DNA of 64,000 nt. Source: Veleropilina oligotropha. Its lineage: Eukaryota. The stretch spans positions 62,001 through 126,000 of the forward strand of contig JBEUKZ010000081.1 of NCBI GenBank assembly GCA_048128005.1, in the 5' to 3' direction. Under the pieces are notes generated by a model. It did not search any database, was not told where the DNA came from, and saw only the letters and a program-made list of their open reading frames with translations. This document shows, in pieces, positions 63,965 through 64,000 of this stretch. Position 1 is the first letter of the stretch. Each line of letters starts with the position of its first letter. The position numbers and the translations under genes were made by a program.

Positions 63965-64000
63965 CTTCAATAATATGTTTCCTAGATAATCCCTTCTCAG
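63965..64000 (-). CDS. KCNAB: Kv channel beta subunit exon (partial; gene continues beyond the window)
   Basis: EKGLSRKHIIE(G) followed by a GTGGGT donor; phase 1 matches the next exon. Confidence 0.9.

Overview
AT-rich animal genomic DNA, probably lophotrochozoan and likely a mollusc (inferred from the repeat families). Two host genes converge. On + is a single-coding-exon acyl-CoA synthetase/AMP-binding gene (170-1810). On - is the 3' part of a voltage-gated K+ channel beta subunit gene (KCNAB/Kvbeta/Hyperkinetic-like, aldo-keto reductase fold), reconstructed by hand as 7 internal exons plus two alternative terminal exons (64000->32998). The rest is mostly nested mobile DNA: two ~7.2-kb DIRS1-type tyrosine-recombinase retrotransposons with intact ITR/ICR ends, a Tc1 (DD34E) element, L2/CR1/RTE LINE relics, Helentron-associated (HINE-like) elements, a tRNA-derived SINE family, MITEs, an ~8-kb foldback composite and minisatellites. 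The most notable signal is in the distal Kvbeta terminal exon. It ends in UGA-CUAG followed 7 nt later by a strong GC-rich stem-loop and an open 36-codon in-frame extension ending in a CaaX box (CSIQ-stop). This suggests programmed stop-codon readthrough that adds a prenylation signal. All calls are by eye; no database searches were run.
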